64,000 bases of DNA from Felis catus (GCF_018350175.1 NC_058368.1:45262001-45326000); one strand, 5' to 3'. Shown: positions 11,721 through 25,565, counted from the stretch's first letter. Program-made: numbers and translations. The notes: generated by a model not told the origin, from the letters alone.

Positions 11721-12774
11721 TAAAATTGGAATTACTATGTTTTGAATTTTATGATGAAATATATTTATATGCATATATTTCATACATTCCATTCAATAAT
11801 TAAGTCAGTAACTAAGTTTCTTGTAACCTTCAACTAAAGATAAAAATTCTTAAGGCTGGTATATTATCTACTAGAGAATATTTGGAAAAATTGTTTCTGA
11901 AAGATTTTATCATGTAATCACAAATTATGAGTCTCATTTTAAAATAAGAATGTATCAGGGCATGCAAGAATCATAAGTGAATTTGTATTATTTCTCTCTA
12001 AATAAAAATTTAGAGACAATATATAGTACTTGATATAATTTGCATTCAAAGAGTCTAAAAACTGAGGTTCTTGTAGATTACTTTTTACTTCCAATGAAAT
12101 ACTAAACAGAACAGGGTGATTTTATATATCTGTAAGAAGATAAGCATTATCTATACTTTATACGTACATATGTAAGACTGTTTTTCTATGTTAATCTATT
12201 TTTGGGGTGATTTATTTATTTGTTAAATTCATACTTGAAGAAAAGCATTAAATATTTATACTGAATAAAATTCATTCATCACTATGATACAGGAGTTTCA
12301 TTTTACTAACCTGAATATGTACAATATCCTAAAGCTATAAACTGACTTTATTTGCATAATTATTTAATCACAGTCTACATGTGACTTGTATGTAAAATGA
12401 ATATATTTTTTACATTGCATATATTATATGTAGTATCTTCTCAACAAACTTGACCTAAAATTTTTACTTTAGCCTTTAGACAAATATCTGAAAATAATTT
12501 TTAAAACTAATTTTATCCTTTGAAATCATTGAAAAATCTCTTAAATATGACTAAAATCTGATTTATAAACATGATTCACTTACAATTTTGACCCAGTACC
12601 TAGTGAAATAATATCACTCATTTCTTTTGATGGTAAATAACAGAAAACGCCCATTGAGATATTTGTACAATAATATTCACAGTGGGTAGAAAGAATTAAT
12701 ATATAGAAATTTCCTGATAATGGCGACTGATTGAATGTGTGGTGGTGAAAAGCCCAGGATGATTACGAATATGG

Positions 12775-12968
12775 TTTAGTGCCACATTTCATTCTTGCTA
12801 AGGAACATAGTTGTACCCAGCATTGCTTTAGTACCATGAGTTAAAATGTCAGTATAATGAAAAAAGCAAATAACTTTTAGTTTTTTTCTTAAAATAAAAC
12901 TTGCAGACACTCTGAAAAAGTCACAGGGAACCCTTCGGGTCTGTGAACTATGCCTTGCAAACCAATGG
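12775..12968. mobile_element. hAT-Charlie-type MER fragment
   Basis: 'aaaaagcaaataacttttag...ctctgaaaaagtcacagggaacccttcgggtctgtgaactatgccttgcaaaccaatg' resembles a Charlie-family terminal region; subfamily uncertain. Confidence 0.5.
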
Positions 12969-15894
12969 CCCAAGACTCATATTTATTCATCCAAGGCTAG
13001 AACTCAAGTTTCCTAACACACAGCCTAGAGATTGTTTCCATCCTATATAATACAATCTCTTCACTTTCTATCTGAATCAGAGAAGAAAGGTTTTGACAAT
13101 CTTCTTCCTTTCTTTTGGAATTCCTTTATGAGATAAATTCCTTTCCTTTTAATTTATAAATTATATCAAATCATCTAATTTCTGAATTGGCCAAGCCAAC
13201 TTTCCCTCTTGATGTGTCAAGTTAAAATATTTGGGATTATAAAATCTCTTTCCCTTGGACAAAGCCTGACTTTCATGATCGTTGTATTCTGCAAGCTCAG
13301 AAAGTTTATTTTGTTCAGTTACAAAGCTGAATTGCCTTCGTAAGAATCTGAACCTCCCTAAAGCAAATAGTAGCCTCTTTCAGAATGAGAGACGATTTCA
13401 TAAAAGTAAATCCAAATATATAAGCACAATTATATAATTATAAATAATAGAATCCCTGGGCTATAACCTGTGACCCATACAAGTAAATCCTGTGCCAGAA
13501 CACACTATTATTTTTTGCCTTGTTCCTTATATGGTTTCTCCTGCTAGATAAATAAAGGCTTTCCATTCCTGCTTTCAGATAATGATTTCCACGTTATTAT
13601 CCCTTAACATATCTTGATCATTTGTGACACAACGTTTTTTCAAAAGTGCCCAGCTTTTGATTTCTGTGACATTATTACATGTGTTTCCTATCTCTCTGTT
13701 AACTTTTCTTCCCCTTGCTCTAAAGATTTATTTATAGTTCCCTTGTCTAGGATAGCATCTTAAAAGTGAGATGTGTTTTCAGAGCATTCTGAGATCGTTT
13801 TTAAATTATGTATTCTAACTTATCATCTTTCTTATTAATCCCTTAACTTTCAGGAATGAATACCAATATTGCTTAGTTTAGATAACAAATATTGTTAAAG
13901 TTTTTTTTTAAAGTTCTGTAGCTACATTCTATAAGAAAAATTCAAAGCACTGTCCATGTTGATTTTTGTTTCAAAAGGGAAATTGGAACTTATATTTTAG
14001 TTTTCAAGAACATCCACCAAATGTAGTGGCAATTTTCTTTCAAAAACTCAGATATTTTATGCTATCATTTTTATAGTAAAATCTAGTGGGCTTTAGACAC
14101 ACAACTCAAATATTTATCTATGCTGCACATTCAATTTCTGGAGAATTTCACCAAGAATAGTGTTAAGTGGTTGAAACTCTTATTGATTTTTCATTGGCTT
14201 TTGACTCTGTGGGCAGAAACTAGTTACTACCTAATCTATACTAACTCAATATAAAATGCCAGCTAATAAAACATGGCTCAATCTTGAATTTCAATAACGC
14301 TTTCAGGTTCAAGGATAATAGAACAACTGATCTACAACTCTGTCCTAAAAACCAAACGAAACTTTCAGTGGGGGAAAATAGAGATATGCCATACTCCTAT
14401 CAATCTATTTCTCTTCTGTCCATATTACTTAAAATCACTTTCAGTTCCATAAATAATATATTTTTTTACATTTATGAACCACAAGTCTTCTCAAATAGAG
14501 TGTCAAGCCAGAATACTGCAGAAGGAATTATAACACTGTTTACTCTAATAAAACACAAGAAATTACCTTTTAAAAGTATACTTATATGTGGTTCAAATGT
14601 GATCACCTCATATACTTTTTTTTTTTAGTTGTTTCCAATCAATACATTTTAGGATCAGTACAACTGACGAGGAAATTCTTTCTCAAAATTTTACATCTAA
14701 ATATTGCATTACTGAAAGTCTACTATGGTAAAGGTAGAGAGCTAATGAAAACTAGCATGAAAAAAGTCCAAACCAAAATTATCTTGGCTCTCGGCTGTCA
14801 TGGAAACTTTATGAACTATTGAGTATTTTCATTTTTAGGGGTGTGAATCATGGTAGTTTTCCTGAAGAAAAATGCTGGCTTTATTCACATTGATATGGAG
14901 ATAAGATGTTACTTCTGAAGTTCACATTTACATGGAGATAAGAAAGTTCAGTATCTAGTCAAGATTCCTTGTTAGATAGATTTAAAGAACAACACATAGG
15001 TACTCACATATGTACAACTTAGCATTTTAAATTTTCTATAGTTATCTACAATCACTGAGAAACAAAGAATCCCAGGGCTTTAAAATCTTGTTAAAAAATT
15101 AATTTTAAATGGTCTGCTAAACAGTCATTGTCTAAAAACTCCTGAGAGAAATGATATTTAAAATTGCTTAGAAAAAGGTGTGCAAACCATTCAGAAGTAA
15201 GGCAGTTAAGATCTTGAACTATATTGCCGTGTATTAACTTAAATATCTCAGAAATTGTACCTATTGTATTCCATTTCAACACTGTTACCTTGACCTTTGT
15301 GGAAAAACGCTTAGGAAATTGCCTATGTGTTATTAGAAAAAAAAAATGTTCTTGGCATTTTTATATCATTTTCCTAATCACGTCAAAGTTAGTGCCATAA
15401 ATTAGCCCTAAAAACGCACGATAATTAAAGACAGAAACAAAACAATCTTAGGCAACCTCAACTTTTTACCATTTATTTATAATAATGAGATTATATAATA
15501 AAATGATAGTAATAACAGTTAACTAATTCTAAATATATGCCAGACTATAATTTATGTATTTTACACTTTTACAATAACTGTGTGGACTAGGAATTCCACA
15601 TGAAAAAAACAGAATTTCAGATGAAGTGCTAAAAAATCTTCAATGTCTTTCTACTTTTATTACTAGAAAGAACTGGGCTATGTTTAAACTCATCTCTGCC
15701 ATCCATTAACGCTTTGTCACCCACATATTTTTTTTTAAAGACCTATTGAACAACTGAATTCATTGAACGTCCTCATCTTTACATTACTCAGGTCATTGAA
15801 AGCAACAAAAAAAAATACATGATCAGCCTAAGTTTAAGAATAAGAGACACTTAGGTTGGAAAAGTCAGTCCCTCATAAGATAGGTGATCAACGT

Positions 15895-16066
15895 AGGATG
15901 TCTCAGTCTTGCTACTACTGAGATTTGAGATGGGTAATTCTTTGTTGTTGGCAGCTTTTCTTTTGCTGTAGGTAGGTTAGCAGATCTGGTCTCTATCCAC
16001 TGAATGGCCAGTAATGTCATCCAAATCATAATCAAAATGTCTCCAGATGCTGCCATATGTCCCCTT
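15895..16066 (-). mobile_element. MER20 fragment
   Basis: gggtaattctttgttgttggcagc...aaaatgtctccagatgctgccatatgtcccct. Confidence 0.8.
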
Positions 16067-16351
16067 CAAATATGTACAATCCAATGTACAATATACACAG
16101 TTAAGAGGGTGCCATGGTATCAAAAATCAGGAGAAATGAGCCCAAACTGGGTGTTGCCAAGAGTTTCCCTTCCCGGGGTTTGAGAGTTCCAGACCCACAT
16201 ATTTTATAATAAACAACATATTGCTTTTATTACATGATAGGTATTATTACAAGCTCTTTGTATATATTAATTTCTATATATTTTTTGTATGTGTTCTTTG
16301 TATATATTAAATATATATTTTTAATTCCTACTATAACCTATGAGAATTTAT

Positions 16352-16573
16352 GGTTTTTTTTAACTTTAAAAATTTTTGTTTATTTTTGAGAAAGAGAGAG
16401 ACAGAGTGTGAGCAGGGGAGGGACAAAGACAGAGGGAGACACAGAATCTGAAGCAGGCTCCAGGCTCTGAGCTGTCAGCACACAGCCCAAAGTGGGGCTA
16501 GGATTCACAAACTGCGAGATCATGACATGAGCCGAAGTTGGCCACTTAACCAACTGAGTCACCTGGGTGTCCC
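16352..16573 (-). mobile_element. SINEC_Fc2-like SINE, inserted in a MIR relic (about 16240-16700)
   Basis: Antisense body; both flanks are MIR-like (ttaattcctactataacctatgag / ttttccaagtcacatag...gggattccatcccagg). Confidence 0.93.
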
Positions 16574-16981
16574 TAAGCTCTGAGACTTTATAATTGAGGA
16601 AAGACCTGCTAATATTTTCCAAGTCACATAGATATATCAGTTGTGAAATTGGGATTCCATCCCAGGCCATCAGTCTTGAGTCACTGTTCTTAATCATTAA
16701 CAATATTGTCTTTGTCATTTGTAGTTTACTTTTTCTTCACTATGGTAAGTTACTTGTATTTCCTCAGGTCAAATCTCTAATTTGTTTACTACTTGCATTT
16801 TGCATTTTTTCCTTGGTGTCCACTTTGTATCTAAATTGCATTATAAATATTTTAAATGTAGATTTATAATCTATTATGGAGATGGATGCTTAAATAGATG
16901 AATAAAGTTAAATCTGTGCAATTTATAATATAATGTAATGTTTTAAATCCCACATAATAATCTGATTATTTCTAGTGTGTG

Positions 16982-16984
<3 letters not shown>

Positions 16985-17022
<38 letters not shown>

Positions 17023-17025
17023 ACA
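16985..17025. repeat. (AC)n microsatellite
   Basis: (AC)15 AA (AC)4. Confidence 0.97.
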
Positions 17026-18815
17026 ATTCTTGTACTCTGACAACTAGCCTACTTTTTGCCACTGACAGAACTGATAATAGAGTATTGATGTAAAATTTGG
17101 GAGTGGAGAGGTGTTATCTAAATCTGTCACTTTTTCACATTACCACATTGATTACAAATCATGAAACATTAGTTTAGGGAGAAAATCTGGAAAGGATTTT
17201 TCTGATTCTCCTCTAAAGGACTCACTGAAAAAGCGGGGAATAAAAACCACAGCTGCAATCTATCTGTCTATTAGTACAGCCATTTATAAAATTAGGAGAC
17301 TCATGATGGCAGACTTTAGAAGAGTTAAAAGAGGTAGGTAATTATAGATAAAGGAATTTGCTGTTAAAGAAAGTTAGCTGCCCCTCTGCCTGGCTGGGAA
17401 GTTAGATTGCAGGCCTCGGTCAGTTTAATTCTCCACTTAACCTTAGACATTTTGATAATGGACAACTCACTGAAGCATTCCTCATCTACACCTCCACCAT
17501 CCAAGTTCCCTAACTATAGAATTTATCTGACGTCAAACAATATTGACTACTCTGAGAAAATGACTTTGATAAGGACTGGCTGATATAAAATAAGGTCACA
17601 GAGTGCAAGAACTTAGACCTTTGGATGTACTCCACTAATAACATCTAGTTGTTGAAATAAGTATATTCACCCTTTATTCTTACACTGTAAATTTAAAATA
17701 TATTGTCTAGGTTATAGCATTAGAAAGAAATGGAGGAAGGATTGCTTGTTCTCTGAATTCAATTCTCTGTAAGCTTACTGTTCTGCCAATAAGACTTTAT
17801 TACATACACCTTTCAAATCTGATGTTTACCTAGACAAATTTCAAAGATCACATAAAAATCATATATTTCAATTAATCTTCATCTTTCCACCTTAAAATGC
17901 CCAAGAGGTCTAAAATAACATGATTCTAAACGAAAAGAAGTAAAAAAAATGCAGGGATTCATGTATGGAACTCGATTAATTACAAATTATTTCCATTCAG
18001 TTTTAATATTCATTAGAGATAGGACGGGTACAAATCTGTTTGAGTCTCACAGACCGGGATATTATTTTAGCAGTACATTAATAATAAAAAAATCTTGTGT
18101 TTCTGTGGGCCTTGTATCAATCGTATTTTATTTTTATTGCTTGAATTATGAAACCAGAGCATCACTTGAGAAATAGGATCAATTATAATCTATACTAATT
18201 AGAAATAAAATGGTGGTAGGAATAAAAATAATTATAGTGCTAAAATTTTATTATTACTAACCACGGGCCATGTTGTAAGTTGATCCTAACAGCTCCTCAT
18301 ATGGATCCATGGTTACCAGTCATGATCTCCTTTCCCCTATAATGAGTAGCAACAGTTGTCCATTAAACAAATAAATTAATCATGTGAACACATGAGTGCA
18401 TTATTCCATATTTCATAGTACATTGTCACAAGGTTGTGATGAGAATTAAATATGTTATTTAAGGGATTAGCAGGTGATTTGACATATGGGAAGGATTCAA
18501 AAAACTGAAACACTGTCTTTTCATCTTTAAAGAAAGTACAAAATACTTTAGCTTTGGGAATATACAAAAGGAGGATGAACTTTTAGGACACATACCACAG
18601 GACATGTATTATCTTGGAAATTCCACATTTAAAGTTTGTTGAATGAGTTAATAAATAAAATGAAACAAATGGTGCCAGAACCAGGTGGTTAGCAAAGTAC
18701 AGTAGGTTAGGCATATATATGGCCAATGAGAACAGACTAGAAGAAAAAAAAAAATGTTTTTCTTGCGGTTTGTGCCAGATGATATGTGTTTAGGATATAA
18801 ATTGAGTGTGTACAA

Positions 18816-18917
18816 GGGGCGCCTAGGTGGCTCAGTCAGTAAAGCAGCCAACCTTTGATTTCAGCTCAGGTCATGATCTCATGGTGTATGAGATCGAGAG
18901 TACAGACCCTGCTTGGG

Positions 18918-18963
<46 letters not shown>

Positions 18964-19033
18964 ATCCCCTGTGTGCAAATGCATGCACTCTCCCTCCCTC
19001 TCTCAAAAAAAAAAAATGAACAAACTTAAAAAA
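18816..19033 (+). mobile_element. CAN-SINE with internal deletion and (CT)~20
   Basis: ggggcgcctaggtggctcagtc head, shortened middle, CT tract and A tail. Confidence 0.93.
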
Positions 19034-19714
19034 ATAGAGTGTATGAAACACCTTTAGTATATTGTGTTATTTCATATTAATTTATATAAAGCAAATATCT
19101 CAGTATTTATGTATTTTAAGCCTAATTTTATATATGCCTATTTTCAAAGGAAAACACTTTCACATTTCCAGTGTCCAATGAAATAATCTATAAAATGAAT
19201 GAGCAGATACAAATAAACTGAAATTACTCAAATGAGACAATGCCAGCTATGTGTTAATTAGGAAAATCTGTGCTGTTACTAAAAAGCTAAGTTTGGTTTA
19301 AAAGGAAATCTTGAATTAGGTTGAAATACATCTTAAGATACTGGAAAGAGGTTTGAAAAGATCTGTGTGTTGAATGTTTTTTGCAAAACTCCTGAAGTCT
19401 CACAATAGATTATGAGTCTGCTTACTCAGCCATAAGGTAGTGGTTGCCAATCAATAGTAGGTATTGCAGAATCAACATGGTGGGTAGTCCCATATAACAT
19501 GCCCAGGGAATAGGAACTTAGAAAACACAACGTGTGGTCTGATCAGTTATGGATGAACTAACAGGACTGGAGCAAAAAATGAAGGGCAGAGGTGGGGAGC
19601 TGGAAGCAGGGAAGGGAGCTGGTAATTAACTTGAAATAGCAATCAATGTGCATTTTTCCCCCAGAAAACATATTTAAAACGCTCAGTGAAATGTCAAGAT
19701 TCGGTCAAAGTGAT

Positions 19715-19900
19715 GTGTTGGGAGCACACCATATTTGGACCAAGACAGGCCCAGAAGCACAGGATGGAATTCCTGTTCAGTACCTACTATCTGTGTTATC
19801 TCCAGAAATCAAACAACCCATCTAATGCTTGACTTTTCCATTTGTGAAATAATGATATTCAGCCCTTTGTCACAGGATTATTTTGGGATTAATAATACCA
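19715..19900 (+). mobile_element. MIR relic
   Basis: cctactatctgtg...ttttccatttgtgaaataatgata...tcacaggattattttgggattaa. Confidence 0.55.
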
Positions 19901-21161
19901 TGTATGCCCAGCTCAAGAAATATTTGTGAACAATCATGTTAATTACTAAAGAATATGCTAAACACACTTTCATTTTTTCTTCTGTTACATAAAGTCAGTT
20001 TTTAAGTTTAAGAAAACTATTTTAAAAAGTTTGTTTTATCAAAAAAGCAAGCATGTGTCTTGCTTATATTTAAATCAATATCTCCTTGACAGGGTAAAAT
20101 TAAACTCAGTTTGTATCTGTCTAATCACAGATTTCGGAGTAGAGGAATTTGCATTAATCATATTTAACTGTTTTGAATTTAAATAAAGGCTTATGCAAAG
20201 TCATGAGCTCAAGGTTGTTTAAAATCACTAATTCGATGATATTAATGTTTATTTCCCAGACATTCTGTGACACTGCTGTTCCACAAACTCATACACCTTA
20301 AAATTTATTCGTGCATATTTTCAACTCTACAGTTTACTGAAGTGGGTATGCTAAATTAGGTTATTTCCATCCTAAGTGTTGCTCTGTGAAATGAATATGG
20401 TGCATAATTATGGAAATGACACTGGTAATTAGCTCAGAGTAGCGGCAGAGCCTACATAAATTAATTTCTAATACACGGTTCAACTCAAAGAATGTTTTTA
20501 ATAACACTTTGATATTTATTTCCTTATGCATTATATTATTTAAGTGGACAAAATGTACTTCATAATCATGAAATTATAGGTATAACTAATTTGTTGATCC
20601 TGAAAACAGGTAAGCCAAGTCCAGAAACCTACCTTAACTACCTTTATAGTCAACACTTTCTCAAATGTTGCACCTTTCAAAAAATTATTCAAAGCCTACT
20701 TGTGTATAATTGGCTTTATTAAGTAGCGCATTCTTGTTTGGTGATTAACTCAACGGAAAACAGATAAAATTGAATGTGGGTAAATGATATCAAAGGATCC
20801 TAATCTAATAATTTATTGGTTTTTCTCTGGGGCAACTATATTTGCTTTAACAAGGTTTTAATGTGCTTTTGCTCTTTCCTATTTTGTTTTTAAAATCCTG
20901 TCATACTAGAATTTATTTGCTAATTAGAACCAGCACAGCCTAATTAGTTTTCTCTAATATTTCTTTCTGAAGGACACTATTTTGCACTGGGCTTATCATA
21001 ACTTTTTTTTTTTTTAATGAGAATATAGAGTATGATTTCTAACATAAACTGTGTGATGTTACTAATCAAGGAAAAGGCATGTGTAAGTAGAAAAATAAGT
21101 TCCTGGTTCCAAGACCATTTCAGAAATATCAGATTAGGACAAAGGTTAAGGTTCCTGTACT

Positions 21162-21670
21162 TGACAGTAGTCAATGACAAGATTAAAAAAACAATGTCCA
21201 CAAGACTCTTCAGGTCCTCCCAAAAAGATAAGGATGTGAAGTTTAAGTCCCCACCCTTGACTGGCCTTGTGACCTGTTTTGGCCATTAGGATGTCATAGA
21301 AGAAATTTTAAACAAGTTCATAATTTAGGACTCCAAACACTTTGCAAATTCCTCTCTTGTTGCTTTTAGAATCCATTTGTCATGTGAAGATATATGAACT
21401 TGTATACTAGGTGAGGAGTAGCAAGAGGGTAATTGCCATTGTCATCACACCCAACTTCCACCCTTGGGAGTGAGACCATCTGGGGCAAGCCACTTCCGGC
21501 CAATCTGGCCAACTCTCAGCAGACACATGAGCAAGCTAGCTCAGATCAGTTTGAAGTTGGTCCACACCAAAATCACACACTAATAGGGATTGCAATCTTA
21601 ATAAATGGCCATAGTTTTAAGCTACTCAAATTTGGTATGGTTGATGCCTCAGCAATTGGTAAATCACACA
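21162..21670 (+). mobile_element. MLT1G/H-like MaLR LTR
   Basis: ccccacccttgactggccttgtgacctgttttggccattaggatg...aataaatggccatagttttaagctact...agcaattggtaaatcacaca. Confidence 0.8.
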
Positions 21671-23500
21671 GAAATTAGTTCCTGGTAGTAGAATGCTGCC
21701 ATTAAAAAAAAAAAAAATCTAAAGCCTGTGGCATTTCCTTTGGGAGAAGGTGGCAGACTCCCCATTCTCTAGTCTGCTGTCACAATTACTCACTTAACTG
21801 CTTTTGCAGCCTCTGCTAACCATTGGCTGGCTGCTATCAGCCTTTGCTAATAGTTCCCTCAATGCTTTCCAATTTCTGCTTGTCCATGCTACATAGCAGT
21901 GGAAATATAAATGGCCAAACTCTCATGTGTGGTGACTTGGAAAATAACAGCTGTACCCAGTGAATGTTCCAATCTGGCTATGGAGATCACCAGGCCAAAT
22001 GCTGCAAATAGCTGTTTGGTTTTATTAACTATGAATGATAGAAAGCAGGAAGAGAGAGACAAGATCAAAAAGAAACCCTTTAGCTTGCAAGCAGAATGAA
22101 GCGAAAATACAGAGGAGACAGGACTTTCTGGAGGAAAAAAAAAAACAAAAACTGAAGTGCCAGTCATCACCAGTCTTCCCAGCTGGTAACGTATGCTCAC
22201 GGTGATATGAAACCTGGGGCCAAAGACCAAATCAAGAGTGTGGCTGTAAGACCCTGACGAGTTCTGAGCGACTTAAGCCAGGGCCTAGTACACCGGGTCC
22301 TAGACAAAAACAAAACAAAAACCTAGACTACAGAGACTCAAAGAATCTTATATGGAGTGTTTTGCAGCCACATGACAAGCCACTCAAGAGTGAGAAAAGT
22401 CTGGAAAAGAATTGTGTGACCTTTGTGACACGGACTGATACATTTCTGATACATACAAATTCCACAAACATTGCATGAAAATTGCATCAGCAAAAAAAGC
22501 CACTAGGTTGGGCTAAGTGGAGTTGTGATCGCTCAAATAACTGAAAGGCCTGGATTCCTAACTTTCCACAGGCTATGAAAGCTACTTCACTGCTAAAAAT
22601 ATGAGCCATTTTTTAACAGAAAAGAAAGGATGTTTCAGAGGGAAGATTACGTTCTGAGAGAGCTCAGATTATGTTGAGAGAGAAGATTGTAATGGAGAAG
22701 AATTCTCAGGAAGCAGAACCAGATCCTATCAAAGACACATCTCCTATCTCAGGGAGAGCTTGGAAACATTTTCCCTGGGGGACAGTGGTTGCTATTTGCC
22801 TACTGTTCTCTTTTTGAATCAAAGTGCACAGGGTTAATAGGTATCTGGTCTGTGGTAGCCCTGTAGTGATATCCAGAAAGTCTGGAACTCTGGTATTTGC
22901 CTTTGGTCAACATAGGGATGACATTTACTAGAGAATGGCTTATAACATGCTGTTTGAAGTCTAAAATCGTCTTGGAGACTAAAAATTGTTTGAGGTCTAA
23001 AAAATGTCTTGGAGGACATGGGTTGTCAACTTTATTATTGAAAATTTATCATTAACACCTGGTTTAACTGGGTGTAGAGCAGGTTTTAGCTATCTTACTA
23101 GTAAGTTATAAAAGATTTCTCCATACACTTGAGCCTTGGCTCCTGTGATTAATGGATATTGGATGCATCCTGGCAGTTGACTGTCCAAAGAAAAAGCACA
23201 TTTTCTATAACCAACAAAGAGCTCTAGTAGCTGCACTGCGACCTGTTTGCCTGAGCTTCCTTTCTCCTGCTGATCCTTATTCTTTACCTTTATTAGAGAC
23301 TCATAGAAGCATATACTACAGAATTTCAGGCGTCACTGAAATTGTGTCTGGTGACATGGTTGCAAGTTTTTATATACAGATTACATTACTGTTTCATCTC
23401 ACCATTATATTTGGGCATAGGGACACATAACTTGTTTCTTTCAGTTTATAGGTTTCCAGATGAAGAGTAATCCCATTCAAAAAGGCTCAGCCACTCCCAG
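21671..23500 (+). mobile_element. MLT1 internal region (MLT1-int), decayed, with interruption
   Basis: Follows the LTR directly with gaaattagttcctggtagtagaatgctgcc...tgtggcatttcctttggg; later ttggaaaataacagctgtacccagtgaa and ataacttgtttctttcagtttataggtttccagatgaagag are typical of MLT1-int. Confidence 0.7.
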
Positions 23501-25565
23501 ACTTGTCATTCAAATCTAAGGCATTAGTGAACATCAAGAATCTCTTATTAGGATAGCATCTGAAAGCTTCTTGCTTACTTCAAGCACAGGAAGGACTAAT
23601 TCAGGATCTAAGCGTGCTTAGAACATAAATGTACCAGACAAGGGGAACTGTATCCAAAATGGCATCTATAGTCAGAATTACGGTCTCTATGGATTGCGAT
23701 TTTGTTGTTATTCAAAGGCATAAAGCTATTTGTATTTTTTCCTTAGAAATATGATATTGCTATGTATTTGTTCTATATAATAAGTAATTTCCTAAAATAC
23801 TGGGACTGAGTAAACCTTTTAAGGCTGTTTCAAAATACATTAAAATATTTTTAAGAGATTATTAGTTAATCAATTCATACCTGTTCGTTGGCCATATTGA
23901 TCAGTATTTTTTGGATAGTAAACCCAAATGAAAAATTACTTCTGGCCTAGAAAATATTTCTAGCTTAGAATTACAAGGAGAGTAATCAAGTTGCTATTTT
24001 AGAATTAGAGTCAAGCAAATTCTTCTCAGCTGAATTATAGGTTTGACATTAAAAATAAGTTAATGGTAGGACTGCTGCCAAGGGAAAACTATGTCTGAAT
24101 GCCAGGCTTCAGAAGTGCATATCCACATGAATCCTTAATCCAATACTCTTCTCCCAATCTGAGAGGAAAAGCAACATGAAGTTCCTGTGAACTACAGATT
24201 GTATCCTGGAGAATGGGGTGGGCGGGGGGGCGGGGGGGGGAGGTTAAGAACCTGAAGCACCAAATGTAGGATCTGGATAAGAGGGAAAACCATGTTACAA
24301 ACACAAATTTGAAATCAAGACATTAGGGATGGTGAAGATCCAGAGATAGCCATGAGGTGCAAGCAGGAAAGATCATGCCAATATGAAAGCATAGCTGTAC
24401 TTTAGTTCTAATAAATAGAGAACTAGATTTATCCCTTGTTATCATTTCATTCAGCTTTATGATGTTACAAATCTCAATAACCTTACCATGGTTTGGATTC
24501 AAAAAAGAACACATTTAAAAAATAAAAGTGCATAATAGAGGACACCTTGCCAATACTACTAGTAATAAGCATTTAGCTATTCATTGCTGTGGTATCGAAA
24601 ACCCAGCGGAGATAAAAATAAATAAGTGAATAAAAACAAAACCCAGTGGAGAAATCTTTGGGATCCAAGTTAAACAAAATATCTCCATAATGTTAGATCA
24701 GATACACTTCCACTTACATGAGTATTGGGGTTCTGTGCTCTGTCTTACATGCCTGTGAGGACTTCTAACCGTGTGCTTGATTGATTCACTGGAAACTGGA
24801 ATCGAATGTGGCCTATATCAAACAATATTAAGATACCAGACCTTTTCCCAATGCAGAAACATGAATCCACAGACTTTAAAAATTAGAAGTGTTGAAGTAA
24901 ATGTATTAAAAGTATGACTTACTTTCCCATTCCTTCATTACTGGGAAGGCATGGAGCTATTCTCTTTACTAAAGTATGAAAAATTACATTGAAGAAGTAT
25001 GTGAATTCTTGAAAATCTCAGTCCTAGCAGGCAATGTGAGATACTACCATTAAAAAGAGCAACCTGACTTCAATATTAGTAACAGCTTTTGGAAGAGTAA
25101 AATCCTGGTAGCAGCATTGCAGTCCCAGAGACAAGGCAGTGATGAGCTGCTTGCATGGATAAAGCAATCCCCAGGTTGATTTTACTTCCAGAGATATTTC
25201 AAGAGGGAATCTACCATGGTATTCCTAGGGCTGAAATATAAAGACAGCCTACTATATAGTTCTTACTTGTACTGAAAAACTGGGGTAATAAAACCCTGAC
25301 ATCAAGAATGAAAGATACTAAAGAAATTTAAAGTATAATAATGGAATATCATGATGACTTTATGTTAGTAAAATTTAAAACAGCCTAATGAACTTTCAGA
25401 AAATGATATAATATTATTGAAACACACTAGAGAATATTTTATTGTCTTAGGGTGTATATGCATTTCTTAGACTTCTAATAGCCGATAAACCTATGAAACC
25501 ATTTCAACTCAGGAGCAAAGAAATGTAAAGAAACAACAATGGATATACCTTTTGTTACACATACA

